A DNA stretch of 64,000 bases from Candidatus Latescibacterota bacterium (GTDB lineage: Bacteria > Latescibacterota > CBDEFO01): positions 3,072,001-3,136,000 of the forward strand of contig OZ252149.1 of assembly GCA_965248755.1 (NCBI GenBank). The letters are read 5' to 3'. This document shows positions 10,595 through 21,094 of the stretch, one piece after another. A program made the translations under genes and the position numbers. The stretch's first letter is position 1, and every line of letters starts with the position of its first letter. The notes under the pieces are model-generated. The model made no database searches. It was not told where the DNA came from and worked only from the letters and a program-made list of their open reading frames with translations.

Positions 10595-10745
10595 ATTGCA
10601 TCACCCTCCTGTAAGATAGCGTATAACGATCTTTATTCTGGATTTTTGGACCGAAACTCCAAAACATTGCCATCCAGATCATAGAAGTAATACGCAGTGG
10701 ATGTGCTCCTTCATATCAGTACCTCATCTCAGGTTGAATGCCTTT

Positions 10746-11278
10746 TTATTCTTTATTTTCTGACATATAGCTCAGATAATCCTGATTCGTCAATCCCTTC
10801 ATGTTCTGAACATAATTCCAAAGAGTTATAGTCTCACCTGTCTTCTGATTCTTAAAACAAAAGGGTGTGTTGTCATAGTGATAGAGGTGCCCTCTCGCTT
10901 GGTCTCCGTTTATGTCTCCAGTTGTGGCCTCCCAGCCCTTTCCTCTTCTATTAAACCCAAACTCAGAAAAAACCATAGCAGCTTGGGGCTGTATGCGGGG
11001 ACATATTTCATCCAGAAGATCTTTGACATCTTTAGCCCAATTAATTCATAAACTTGGTGGAGTCATTGAGAGGAGCAAAGCGACGAAGCAATCTCAAGGT
11101 TTTATAGTAGTCTCCTATCAGAGCTGGAGAGTATTACATCTACCACAGAATCGAGATTGCTTCGCCTCCGGCTGGCAATGACACCGAAGGTGGTTAAACG
11201 GTATAACTATAATATAATACAATCTCTTAATTAATACACGGCCTTTTTTTGTGAATTATTCGGGTTAGTTTCAGCCAT
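10746..11278 (-). pseudogene. Hypothetical gene split by MITE copy B
   Basis: Removing 11033-11267 and leaving one TA gives the in-frame sequence MAETKDVKDLLDEICPRIQPQAAMVFSEF... Confidence 0.55.
11033..11267 (+). mobile_element. MITE copy B (lacks the 21-bp palindrome inserts)
   Basis: ta-gcccaattaa...ttattcgggt-ta ends; internal GTCATTG...CAATGAC repeat. Confidence 0.88.
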
Positions 11279-11324
11279 AGCGTAAATATCCCTTGTTTTA
11301 CTTATCTACCTCAGGACCAACGTT

Positions 11325-11603
11325 TCAGGGCTGTTTAGACAAATTCATCAACACTGACACATTATCGCTGTTCTGATTAGCTACCGCCAGGTCATTATCT
11401 CCATCTCCATCCAAATCCGCACTGAATACTGATCCGGGAACACTTCCAACACCATAGTCAGTTTTGGCTCCGAAAAGGGTACCACCTTGCGTTCCATTGT
11501 CTCCACTGTCTCCAGTTACGTTGTCTCCACCACAGCCTGCCATTAGCAAGAGTAATGTATAGCTCAACAGAGCTGTAAAATGAAAGGTCAATCGTGTTCT
11601 CAT
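11325..11603 (-). CDS. Short lipoprotein with one FG-GAP/VCBS-like repeat (possibly an internally deleted relic)
   Basis: Lipobox LMAGC; ADLDGDGDNDLAVAN motif. Confidence 0.65.
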   Translation of the reverse strand: MRTRLTFHFTALLSYTLLLLMAGCGGDNVTGDSGDNGTQGGTLFGAKTDYGVGSVPGSVFSADLDGDGDNDLAVANQNSDNVSVLMNLSKQP

Positions 11604-11907
11604 GGTGGTATCCCTACCTTTTTGATGTTGTAAAGTATGGATCAATTATTTGTTTCCGATAATTGCCATTTTTTGTCCTGGGCTCATCTTTATACAGTAA
11701 ATCACGATTTGATGTATAAACACCCAAGCCTTCTGGACTCTGGCCTTCCCTGGGCTAACGTGCCTCGGCTACACGAACCCAAAGGGTTAGACAGAACGAA
11801 GTGGATCCGTGTGACCGATGTTATGAGAGGTGTCTTCCAGTAAGTTTCCACTGAATACAAAACCAGAGGCTATTAATTTTCTACTCTACTTTGATAGACA
11901 TAGATAC

Positions 11908-12363
11908 TCAGCGTGCTATTCGACTCTTAATAGCACCCCATGTAATTAGCTCAACCACCGTACCCAACTCAGAGAGATCCTCAGCTGCTCTTGTCAAAAA
12001 TTTGGTTCTGCTACAAATGATTACTCCTAATCTTTTAGCTTCATAAAACCCATAGGCGGCATAGACTAGATAATCTTTATTCATCTGGAACTTATATCCA
12101 CAAATTCCATCATGAGATCCTGTAGAAACTGTAATTTCTTTCCCCTCAACTCCCTTCCATGTATCTATCACATCAAACTTGATAACCAATAATTCATTCT
12201 CTTCAATTATAATTTCAATTACACTACCTGAGAAAACAGCATCTACCATTTCAAGTTCTTCGAGTGCACTACCCGACATTTCACAACTACAACCAAGACT
12301 TGCGGTCGGCGAATACAAGCTTATGGCAGCAAAAGCCATTATATAAAAGAGAGTATTCCTCAT
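11908..12363 (-). CDS. Secreted TIMP/NTR-like protein with a C-terminal TWGAIK motif
   Basis: Signal peptide followed by CSC; DAVFSGSV; CGYKF..YLVYA; CSRT; ends ITWGAIKSRIAR. Confidence 0.75.
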   Translation of the reverse strand: MRNTLFYIMAFAAISLYSPTASLGCSCEMSGSALEELEMVDAVFSGSVIEIIIEENELLVIKFDVIDTWKGVEGKEITVSTGSHDGICGYKFQMNKDYLVYAAYGFYEAKRLGVIICSRTKFLTRAAEDLSELGTVVELITWGAIKSRIAR

Positions 12364-12973
12364 AACCAATCTCCTCATTAACCGAATGTTAAAATGATCC
12401 TGCTAGGCTCTCAGGCTAATCTGAGTATCTGCTTTAAACCATCCAGGGCTTCACGCTGACTCCCTCCATCTCCTCCCATTCTCCTTGCGCTTCTTTTGAA
12501 CTTTATTGAAAAGCCTCTTTGAGACTATGGGTTCCTGTTGTAGCCGTAGGTAAGGTTCCCCCCAGCGTAGGCCCCACCTTTTGCCTTCTGTCATTGCGAC
12601 CGAAGCGAAGCAAGCTCGTAGTCGGCAGCCACGATTAAATCTATCGCAGGATAGACGCCCGATTGAGCCATTCGGGGAGACGCCCGATAGAATCATTCGG
12701 GGGCAGGCCCCCTACTCAAAGGGGGCATATTTGGATCTCTTAAAGTAGCTCAAGAGACTGCTTCTGGGCAGGAGGTATTTTTTCCGGGGCTTGTAGGCCG
12801 AGACCAATCCGAAGTGTGTGTATTAGATGACGTGCCTCTCTGAGCACCGTAAGAACTTTGCTGCCTCTTTGACGGTAAGCATGTCGTGGATATTCATCTT
12901 TTCCTCCTTTTGAATACGCGAGTTTGTCTTTCTCCATCCTCAGATGTAAATCACTTTCTTTTCTGCTCCCAAT

Positions 12974-13066
12974 TGGGGAGGATGGGGAGGATAAAACTAA
13001 ACTTTCTCAAAAACACATTTTTTATTATTATCAAAAAGTCTAAGAAGATCCTCCCCATCCTCCCCA
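12974..13066. repeat. Perfect 19-bp inverted repeat built from tandem GGGGAGGAT units around an AT-rich spacer
   Basis: tggggaggatggggaggat at 12974-12992 and atcctccccatcctcccca at 13048-13066. Confidence 0.85.
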
Positions 13067-13133
13067 CTATTCTCCTACGCCCTCTAATAACCCGATTCCA
13101 AGGTAGTAATATTTTCCACCGATCTTCTTTTTG

Positions 13134-13300
13134 TCAAAGTGCTCTCCCATCCATTTTCCAAAAGACTGCTTGCTCACTGGCCTGTGTCCGTTTTCTTCGC
13201 ACCATTTTGTGAAATTTTTGCGGGTCGTCCACAAACGATAGATTGAAGGGTATCAGTCTGATCCGCTCCCAGAGGGCGTAGGCGCTCCCAGAGGGCGTGG
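13134..13300 (-). pseudogene. Fragment of a phage/plasmid P4-family (D5-like) primase-helicase
   Basis: ALWERIRLIPFNLSFVDDP resembles the conserved C-terminal motif of this family. Confidence 0.5.
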
Positions 13301-13386
13301 GCGTTTGCCCTGGGCTTGTGGTTGGTCTGCAGGAAGAGCGTGAATGTAGGCCGGGCATCACGAGTTCGGGTAGCCTTACTCGGGCC

Positions 13387-14382
13387 TCAGCCCGCCAGCA
13401 GATCACGGATGGCAGCGACGATGTCTTCTACTTGGGGCACGACGGACGCTTCTAAAGGGGGACTGTAAGGGGTCGGGGTATGGAGGCCGTTCAAGCGGCG
13501 GATAGGCGCATCCAGATCGTCAAAACCCCGGTCGATGACCTGCGCCGCTATCTCGGAGCCGATACCACAGGGCGCGAAGGTCTCATCTACAATCAAGAGC
13601 CGCCCGGTTTTGTGCACCGACGCCAAAATCGTGTCCATATCCAGCGGGGCCAGGGTGCGCGGGTCAACCACTTCAATGGAGACCCCCTCCTGTGCCAGTT
13701 GATCGCAAGCCGCAAGCGTTTTATCGACCATGGAGCCGATGGCCACGACGGTGCTGTCAGTGCCTTCACGGGAGATCCGTGCCTGGCCGAACGGAATGGT
13801 GTAGTCCTCTTCGGGCACCTGTCCCTTGTTAAAGATAAGCGATCTATGCTCCAAAAAGAGCACGGGATCGCCGCCACGGAGGGCGGTGGTGAAGAGGCCC
13901 TTGGCGTCGTAGGCGTTGGATGGTACCACCACGCGAAAGCCGGGAAGATGTACAAATATGGGATAGTAACTGCCGGAATGGTGAGTGGCGGCCGAATTGC
14001 CGATGCCGATGCAGCCGCGCAGCAGAATGGGCATCTTCAGACGGCCGCTGCTCATATATTGGACCTTAGCGATCTGGTTGACCAGCTCCCCGGCGGCGTC
14101 CAGGATAAAGTCCAGAAATAGAAGATCCACTACCGGTCTGGTACCCGTCATGGCGGCGCCCGTGCACAGGCCGACAAAGCCTCGTTCACAGATAGGGGTA
14201 TCGCGCAGTCGCTGGGGTCCAAAGCGCTCGTACAGGCCGGTCGTGGTGTTGAAGTTGCCGCCCCGCGCGCCGATGCCTTCACCCACTACAAAGATGGTAG
14301 GATCCCGCTCCATCTCGGCCGCCAGAGCCTCTCGGGTGGCCTCCATAAATGTTATCTCTCGGGCAGCTTGCTCTTGACCCAT
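13387..14382 (-). CDS. 2-oxoacid/acetoin dehydrogenase E1 beta subunit
   Basis: DTPICE, GTRPVV, DPVLFLEH and VDPRTLAPLD transketolase-like motifs. Confidence 0.93.
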   Translation of the reverse strand: MGQEQAAREITFMEATREALAAEMERDPTIFVVGEGIGARGGNFNTTTGLYERFGPQRLRDTPICERGFVGLCTGAAMTGTRPVVDLLFLDFILDAAGELVNQIAKVQYMSSGRLKMPILLRGCIGIGNSAATHHSGSYYPIFVHLPGFRVVVPSNAYDAKGLFTTALRGGDPVLFLEHRSLIFNKGQVPEEDYTIPFGQARISREGTDSTVVAIGSMVDKTLAACDQLAQEGVSIEVVDPRTLAPLDMDTILASVHKTGRLLIVDETFAPCGIGSEIAAQVIDRGFDDLDAPIRRLNGLHTPTPYSPPLEASVVPQVEDIVAAIRDLLAG

Positions 14383-14426
14383 CGCCTCATTTCAACTGAT
14401 GATTACGTCCTGTCTGATGCAGGCTC

Positions 14427-15410
14427 TTACGTGCTAAAGATAAAATCGGTCGCCGTGGACGGATCGGGCCACGGGCTCTCCACGGCATACGCCATGGCGT
14501 CTTCGATCAAGGCCGTCATCTCCGCTTCGATGGCGGCGAAGTCCTGTTCCTCTGCTCTACCCTCGGCCAGCAGCTTCTGCTTATGGGTGATAATCGGGTC
14601 GCGGGACTTCCAGGTGTCCACTTCCTCTTGCGTGCGGTAACCGGAATCGGTCATTCCTTCGCCATGAGGACGGGTGCGGTAAGTCTTGCATTCCAGAAGC
14701 GTAGGGCCGCCGCCAGTACGGGCCCGTTCGACCGCTGCGCCGGCGGCCTCATATACAGCCAGTACGTCGTTACCATCTACGATGACGCCAGGTAGGCCGT
14801 AGGCCGAGCCGCGATTGCCCACGTCGGGGTTGCCTGACGCATAGGCAAAGGGCACTTCGGTGGCATACAGGTTGTTCTCGCACACAAAGAGCACCGGCAG
14901 CTGCCAGATAGTTGCCATGTTAATTCCTTCGTGGAATGCGCCGTTGTTGACAGCTCCATCGCCAAAGAAGGCGACTCCGATGTGATCTTTCTGAAGCAGG
15001 CTGAAGGAATAACCGGCGCCCACAGCTTGCAGAATGCAGGGGCCTACAATGCCGCTGGTACCCATAAAGCCGACTTCAGGAGAAAAGAGGTGCATGCTGC
15101 CGCCTCGCCCCTGAGAACAGCCGGTCGCTCGCCCCAACAACTCCGCCGCCACTTCCCGGGGGGGAACGCCCTTGGCCAGGGCATGACCGTGGCCTCGGTG
15201 CGTGCTGAAGACCGCATCCTCCTTACGCAGATGGGCAGAGACACCCACAGCGATCGCTTCCTCACCAACGTAGGTGTGGCAGAAGCCGGGGATGAGACCG
15301 CTGCCATAGGCCCGAGCAAACTCTTCTTCGCAGTACCGGATCTTAACCATGTCGCGATAGAGAGCCAGCAATTGGTCTTTGCTCAAATTCGGAGTGGACT
15401 GATCGGTCAT
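14427..15410 (-). CDS. 2-oxoacid/acetoin dehydrogenase E1 alpha subunit
   Basis: HRGHGH, GRGGSMH, GDGA...ENN TPP-binding motif, TYR. Confidence 0.93.
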   Translation of the reverse strand: MTDQSTPNLSKDQLLALYRDMVKIRYCEEEFARAYGSGLIPGFCHTYVGEEAIAVGVSAHLRKEDAVFSTHRGHGHALAKGVPPREVAAELLGRATGCSQGRGGSMHLFSPEVGFMGTSGIVGPCILQAVGAGYSFSLLQKDHIGVAFFGDGAVNNGAFHEGINMATIWQLPVLFVCENNLYATEVPFAYASGNPDVGNRGSAYGLPGVIVDGNDVLAVYEAAGAAVERARTGGGPTLLECKTYRTRPHGEGMTDSGYRTQEEVDTWKSRDPIITHKQKLLAEGRAEEQDFAAIEAEMTALIEDAMAYAVESPWPDPSTATDFIFST

Positions 15411-15506
15411 ATTTTCGTATCCACAAGTTCCAGTAAATGTTGCAACTCAGGTCAAGGGCTAGGACCAGGGAAAACCACAGGGTTCTTTGCCTTCAGAGAC
15501 ATCATC

Positions 15507-16328
15507 TCATGTCTGTTCTTGGGGCGCGCCAGCCATCCCGGGATGGGAACCACCCGCATTTTTGGCCAGGTTTCCACCATCCAGAGGGATTAAGGCGCCC
15601 GTAATCCACGCCGAGGCATCGGAGGCCAGAAAGATGGCCAAGCCCTTGATATCTTCCGGTTGCCCCAGCCGGCCAATCGGTATACCACGCAGATAGGTCA
15701 AGTCCAGCATGGGATCGGCGTCTATCCGTTCCTGCAACCCCTGATTGAGTACCTGGGCGCAGACAATGGCGTTGGTGCGTACGCCTTTGGCGCTCCACTC
15801 GGTGCTCAGCTCGCGCGTCATCTGCGCTATCCCAGCCATCGCGATGCTGTACCCCAGGTGACCGCGGCCCAACGCTGTAAGGCCGGCGATAGACATGATA
15901 TTGATGATGCTGCCCTTGCCAGCGGCCAGCATGCGCCTGCCCGCCTCCTGGCAACAGAAGAGACGACCCACCACCAGGTTTTGCAGCGTCTCGTTTAGCT
16001 GATCCACGGTCAATTCTAAAGGCGGCTTGCGAATGCCTTCGCCAGCCACGTTGCCGAGTATGTCAATCCGCCCGAATTCCCGGTCCAGGCGGTCAAACAT
16101 GGCCTCGATCTGTTGCGGATCGGCCACATCGCAGGTTACAGGCACAGCAGCCCGGTTCATCTGCTGGATCTGCCCGGCGGTCTCCTCCACTCCTGCTGTA
16201 TTGATGTCTGCCAGTACTAGGTCAGCCCCCGACTCGGCAAAGGCCAGGGATATCGCTTTGCCCATACCGCTTGCGGCGCCGGATACCAACGCAACCCGTC
16301 CGTTTAAGTCAAATAAGGGATGGGACAT
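15507..16328 (-). CDS. SDR-family oxidoreductase
   Basis: GAASGMG Rossmann motif; GRLGQPED; the catalytic YxxxK appears altered (YSIAM). Confidence 0.88.
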   Translation of the reverse strand: MSHPLFDLNGRVALVSGAASGMGKAISLAFAESGADLVLADINTAGVEETAGQIQQMNRAAVPVTCDVADPQQIEAMFDRLDREFGRIDILGNVAGEGIRKPPLELTVDQLNETLQNLVVGRLFCCQEAGRRMLAAGKGSIINIMSIAGLTALGRGHLGYSIAMAGIAQMTRELSTEWSAKGVRTNAIVCAQVLNQGLQERIDADPMLDLTYLRGIPIGRLGQPEDIKGLAIFLASDASAWITGALIPLDGGNLAKNAGGSHPGMAGAPQEQT

Positions 16329-16486
16329 ACTATCAGTTGCTCGCTTCCTATTGATGATTCGGTGCAAAGCCTGGTTGGGTTTATGCTTACCCCTCAGTCA
16401 CCATGATTTACCGACGCCGATGCGTCCTCGATAACCCGCTGTCCCCCACATCCTCCCGATGGTATTCATCGTTCCTTACAGAGTAC

Positions 16487-18904
16487 CTATTCTGTCTGAG
16501 TGTCATTCGTCCCGTGAGACATTTGCCGTTTCCGGTGATCGATAACCCTTAAGAGAAAATCATGCTGTGATTCTTCTAACTCTCCATTTTCAAGATGGCC
16601 CCACATTCGCTTCTCAAGTGAGTTATAGTACTCGAGCCGCGTTGCATCGTTCATGCTCGTATCCTCCGCCTCCGCAATCGCCCTTATCTCCGCAAGAAAC
16701 GCCATCTTCAAATTCTGTCGTGCTTCGTTGATTCGATTATCGATTAGATCCTCCAACTCACGCCACCGTGAATTGTCAAGCTCGTCCCGATTCCACCAAT
16801 TCATGCTAACCCGCTTCCGGATACGGGCGCCAATCTTCAGGAGCTTCATAACAGAATGCTGGTCGCTGATGTCAACAGACACTTCGTGGATTGTTCTAGT
16901 CTCCAGGTGACTGATTCTATTGCGCTTCAATGTGAGGAGTCCCTTCCATCCGGCTACGAGTCCAGCAAGAATCGCCACTCTATACCATGCCCGTTTGTCC
17001 CATTCGAAAGGAGTCTTTGAAGGCAGATACTCCATTTCGAGATAGTACTCCTCCGCACCCGGGTGGAGAGGGATCGAAGGGAGATCTTCGGCCATGGGTT
17101 TCGCTACCATCCCGAGAGATTCGGCCCCTTCAAATATGGCCTGTGTGATTTCCTTTACATCGTAGATTGCTCCCAGCTCTTCTGTGCACACCAGGACGGA
17201 TCTTGTCTTTATTGTGCTAATTTCGGACTCGCCTTCCCTCTGAGAAGCATAAGTTCCAGGCATTATCTTGTGAGTCTTGAAGACTCCTCCGGTTAATCTC
17301 GCCAGCTTTCGGGATTCGATAGACAGGAGTCTGATGTTATCATCGTCAAGAATCGTTTCGACCGCATCACTCGGCACATAGCTAACGAAGAATCCGCAAT
17401 CGATCTCTCCGGTGTGCATCTTATCCACCATGTCTTGAACTGGGAGAAAAATTGGCGTTTCCATGGAGATATTATGTTGGCGGAGTAAGGACTCTGCTAT
17501 GATTCGTGTCCCGCTGTTCCTGGGCTCAAGACAAATTCGGAGGGCCTGTTCTCTGAGATCTCCGACAGTCGCTTTGGTGCTATCTTCAGGGGAGAGTTTA
17601 TCTCGCCTTATCATGATGTGGACCGCCTCGCTGTGAAGCGCTGCAATCCGCTTCATATTTTTTACTTCAGGGAAGTCAACTCCTTTGAAAGACTCTACTT
17701 TGTAAATGCTCTTGGGATTACCTTTATAGGAGGCACGCGCAACGTCGTATTGCATGATGGCAAGCGTCCGTCCAGGTCTATCTTTAAGATACTCCGCGTT
17801 TTGGACTGATCCGTCAGTGTGAATCACCCTTGCATCAATCCCTCTTCGTTCGAGCAATGTCCGCATCTCCTGGCCCAAATCATAGTATTTCCCTCTTATC
17901 GCTCCCGTTAATATATGCAGCTTCTCCTTTTCCTTATCCAGAAACTCAGTCGCTCCTCTATGGAATTTAAAACCGTCTGCGGTGTCCTTGAAAGCGGTCA
18001 TGAGCCCCACATCTTCCGCCCTCGTGTGCACGGTCAAGAGACTCTTTATCTTGTCGAACAAGGCGTCCAGGATGAGCAAAGCCAACTCGTCATCCAGGTT
18101 GCTTCTGCACACCAAAAGGGTTTCTATACTAAAGGTCTTGACACGCTTGGCCTGGTTCTCGTACAATCCGGCTGGTATATCTTCGATATCTGTTTCCTGG
18201 AAGAAAGAGATTTTTGATACTATTTCTTCGCTGTCCCGACTCAGGTCCAGGAGCTCGCAATCACCAGATTGAAGCGCGTTCTTTACGGCCGCTGTCGGCA
18301 TTCCCGCAACAAAGATGGCTGCATCTAGCGAATCTGATTTTAGCATTTCAGCAGCCTGCGTAAAACCGACCTTTACTGATACATTCGTGACATCTTTCTG
18401 GGGATCCAAGCCAACAGCATAAAGGAGAGAATCGGCGACCAGTTTTGTGCCGCTGCCCTCTTTGCCGAGATAAACCCTCTTTCCACGCAAATCGCTGAGG
18501 CTGTTTATGCCAGCATTCTTTCGCACGACGATCTGGAGCATATCTTCATATAGATTGGCCAGAATCCTTACCGAGTCAGATACTGCAGTTCCACGATGGA
18601 CTAACGCTGGTTCCAGCACAAAGGCGATATCAGCCTTTCCGGCGACAAGGCGGTCAATGTTGTCCAGTGAGCCGGCAGTCTCTAAATGCACGGCTTTTAC
18701 TATGGGTTTTCCGTCAAGTTTTTCGAGAATACGTGCGAACTGCTTACCCAATGGTAAATATGTGCCGCCCGGTGTAGCCGTCGCTATTTTGACTTCCCAC
18801 ATCTCACGCCGCGGGTAGTACACGATGAGAACGACACCAACAACAACGATAGTCAGCGTGACAATAATCTTACGCCGTAACTTGACCGTCATAACGATTG
18901 CCAC
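16487..18904 (-). CDS. Protein with two tandem TAXI-type solute-binding domains, a TM helix and a C-terminal helical domain
   Basis: IATATPGGTY...GSLDN...GSGT and a second unit TGAIRGKYY...GSVQN...NSGT...PLHPGAEEYY; hydrophobic VAILAGLVAGW segment. Confidence 0.85.
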   Translation of the reverse strand: MAIVMTVKLRRKIIVTLTIVVVGVVLIVYYPRREMWEVKIATATPGGTYLPLGKQFARILEKLDGKPIVKAVHLETAGSLDNIDRLVAGKADIAFVLEPALVHRGTAVSDSVRILANLYEDMLQIVVRKNAGINSLSDLRGKRVYLGKEGSGTKLVADSLLYAVGLDPQKDVTNVSVKVGFTQAAEMLKSDSLDAAIFVAGMPTAAVKNALQSGDCELLDLSRDSEEIVSKISFFQETDIEDIPAGLYENQAKRVKTFSIETLLVCRSNLDDELALLILDALFDKIKSLLTVHTRAEDVGLMTAFKDTADGFKFHRGATEFLDKEKEKLHILTGAIRGKYYDLGQEMRTLLERRGIDARVIHTDGSVQNAEYLKDRPGRTLAIMQYDVARASYKGNPKSIYKVESFKGVDFPEVKNMKRIAALHSEAVHIMIRRDKLSPEDSTKATVGDLREQALRICLEPRNSGTRIIAESLLRQHNISMETPIFLPVQDMVDKMHTGEIDCGFFVSYVPSDAVETILDDDNIRLLSIESRKLARLTGGVFKTHKIMPGTYASQREGESEISTIKTRSVLVCTEELGAIYDVKEITQAIFEGAESLGMVAKPMAEDLPSIPLHPGAEEYYLEMEYLPSKTPFEWDKRAWYRVAILAGLVAGWKGLLTLKRNRISHLETRTIHEVSVDISDQHSVMKLLKIGARIRKRVSMNWWNRDELDNSRWRELEDLIDNRINEARQNLKMAFLAEIRAIAEAEDTSMNDATRLEYYNSLEKRMWGHLENGELEESQHDFLLRVIDHRKRQMSHGTNDTQTE

Positions 18905-19183
18905 CTTTTTCTACGCATACTTGTGAAATGCTGATGAATCGATAACCGATCGCGTGAGAACGCATCGTCCATCTTGCTGGCCTCTGAAAATTATACTTTG
19001 CCACGTGGAGACGACTTGTGAATAGTCACTCGCTGAAGAAGCTCCGACTCTGGTATCTCCCAGCACCAGCCCATCCAGCTGGCCACTTCCTCGCGTGGTG
19101 GAACGGCACGGACGACCGAACGTATGTGTTAGCTCCTAGAATGTCGCGACCCCCTCACCTCGCCCACACATAGGCCCTACGCC

Positions 19184-19387
19184 TTACGCGACACACTTAA
19201 GGCCCATCGTCTCCTCCAGGACCCTCCTAATCTTCGACTTCTCCGCTTCGGACGGGGTCGAAAGCGGGGGCCTCCGCAAAGCCCGATCATCTCCACCGCG
19301 GCCGGCCACCTCCCAGGTGTCCTCCTCCTTCACCATCCTTTCCCAGTTCCGCTTGTTGATCGTTGCGATCTCGTCCTGTTTGCTCAT
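19184..19387 (-). pseudogene. Short gene fragment or chimeric relic
   Basis: Plausible N-terminus (MSKQDEIATINKRNWERMV) joined to an unrelated-looking tail. Confidence 0.3.
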
Positions 19388-19602
19388 GTTTCCTAAGCCT
19401 TCTAACTACAGTTGTGTCATATGGCGGGTACTCTTATATTTAGAGTACCAACGGCAATAATTAAAATTTGGTAGCTTCCTCCGAAAAACAACTGATAATG
19501 ATTTTAACACATTTTTTCCTCCATGTCAAAAAAGTTTCTTCAGATTCTCTATTTGTTGATCTTTTCCAAATCTGGGCACACTGCACCTTACACCTTGCTT
19601 TT

Positions 19603-19791
19603 TCACATTGAATCAACCTGTTTTTTCGTATGGCCAAATCCATCTGCCTCCATATGATACAGATAGACTCCGCTGGCAAGACACTTCCCATTACCATCTT
19701 TCCTATCCAAGACTTTGGAGTATCCACCTGCCGCTATCTCTCTATCCACTAAGGAAGGCACCTTCTGCCCCAGAAAATTTAAGACATACAT
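19603..19791 (-). pseudogene. Orphan, degenerate FlgD/T9SS-type C-terminal domain fragment
   Basis: NFLGQKVPSLVD...GKCLASGVYLYHM matches the C-terminus of the 51834-54938 protein. Confidence 0.7.
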
Positions 19792-19810
19792 CTTGATGCG
19801 TTTGGATGTC

Positions 19811-21040
19811 CTATTTCGACAGATCTGAAACCATCTTCTGGACTTCGCCTTCTACTTTCAACGTAATGCGTTCTACGATATCTCTCTTCTCTTTTTTGTA
19901 AGCTTCATAATCGTCCAACAAATTCCTGGGAGTGGCAACTCGGATGAGAGCCGTCCTGGGTCCTTTAGTCTTAGCGAAGCCGTAGACTTCCTTTTCCAAG
20001 CGGGCGATGACTTCCAGAAAGCGCTCCTGAGTTGGATTTTCACCAATGTATCCCTCGTAGATAGCGATAAAGTTCACGACGCGGTTGAGGTCTATGTAAA
20101 ACTGTCGGAATTTGTCGAGCCCCTGTCTATGGATCTCGCCCTCATATTCTGTCATCTCGTCCTCTTCCCTGTAAACCTCCTCATCGATCCGGTTTTGAAT
20201 AATCCGAACCCGCTTTAGGGGGGAAGATTCCGATTGGGGAACAATTCCCATAAAGTTCTCCATCTGCGACAGAATATGTCCTCTCAAAAGTTGAATGCGT
20301 TCATTAAGCGAACTGTCATCGCTCAGGGGCAATTGATATTCCTTTGCCAGTGTAATCAATAATACAGCCCCCACGTTCTGCAGGCGATCATATAAATCTT
20401 CTGATGGACTTGAATTCTTGGGTAGAATTTTTCTCTCCAACTTCGTGAGTGCCTTTTCTATTTCCCGCCACATATCTTTCTCGTAGACATACTTGATGGC
20501 CACAGGCGCAATGTAGACGGGCTTAACTTGACCTGCCTTTTCCAGATCGTCCAGCGCCCAGAAGCCCATCTGTGTGACGCCGCTTTCGAAGGGCATTACG
20601 GTATCGTTCTGGAACGAGACCTCACCTTCTGCGAAGATGACTACCTTATGTTTTCCTTTGGTCAAAGTTCCTCGTGTCGTTCGGAACGATTCCCGATCGA
20701 CGGCTCCGCGCACCACTGAATAGCCCCCCAGCCGCTGCATGAAGAATCCTCTCATTCTGCCTCCCGCCCGTAGATGAAAAGTCTCCCGCGCAGCCACGTA
20801 ACGGAATCGCTCCCCGAGGCGCTTTGACAGCGCGAAGATCACGAACGGGTCTACATCAGTTGGATGATTCGGAACCAGGATCGTAGGAAATCCGTCGGTC
20901 GCCCTCAGCCTCTCCATCGATTCAGAATCAATATCTAAACCCAGGCCCTTGAATCGCATGATTATGGGCAAAAGACACTCGGTCAACCCGATCACAAGTC
21001 TATTCTCTCTGGGAGGTCTGAAATCTAACATTATGATCAC
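19811..21040 (-). CDS. Phospholipid/glycerol acyltransferase (PlsC-like)
   Basis: NHPTDVD HxxxxD motif; IFAEG motif. Confidence 0.88.
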   Translation of the reverse strand: MIIMLDFRPPRENRLVIGLTECLLPIIMRFKGLGLDIDSESMERLRATDGFPTILVPNHPTDVDPFVIFALSKRLGERFRYVAARETFHLRAGGRMRGFFMQRLGGYSVVRGAVDRESFRTTRGTLTKGKHKVVIFAEGEVSFQNDTVMPFESGVTQMGFWALDDLEKAGQVKPVYIAPVAIKYVYEKDMWREIEKALTKLERKILPKNSSPSEDLYDRLQNVGAVLLITLAKEYQLPLSDDSSLNERIQLLRGHILSQMENFMGIVPQSESSPLKRVRIIQNRIDEEVYREEDEMTEYEGEIHRQGLDKFRQFYIDLNRVVNFIAIYEGYIGENPTQERFLEVIARLEKEVYGFAKTKGPRTALIRVATPRNLLDDYEAYKKEKRDIVERITLKVEGEVQKMVSDLSK

Positions 21041-21094
21041 CTCTGTGTCGCGGTCTTTCCTACAGGATCGAGTGCACGAAATAAGTATCCTGAA

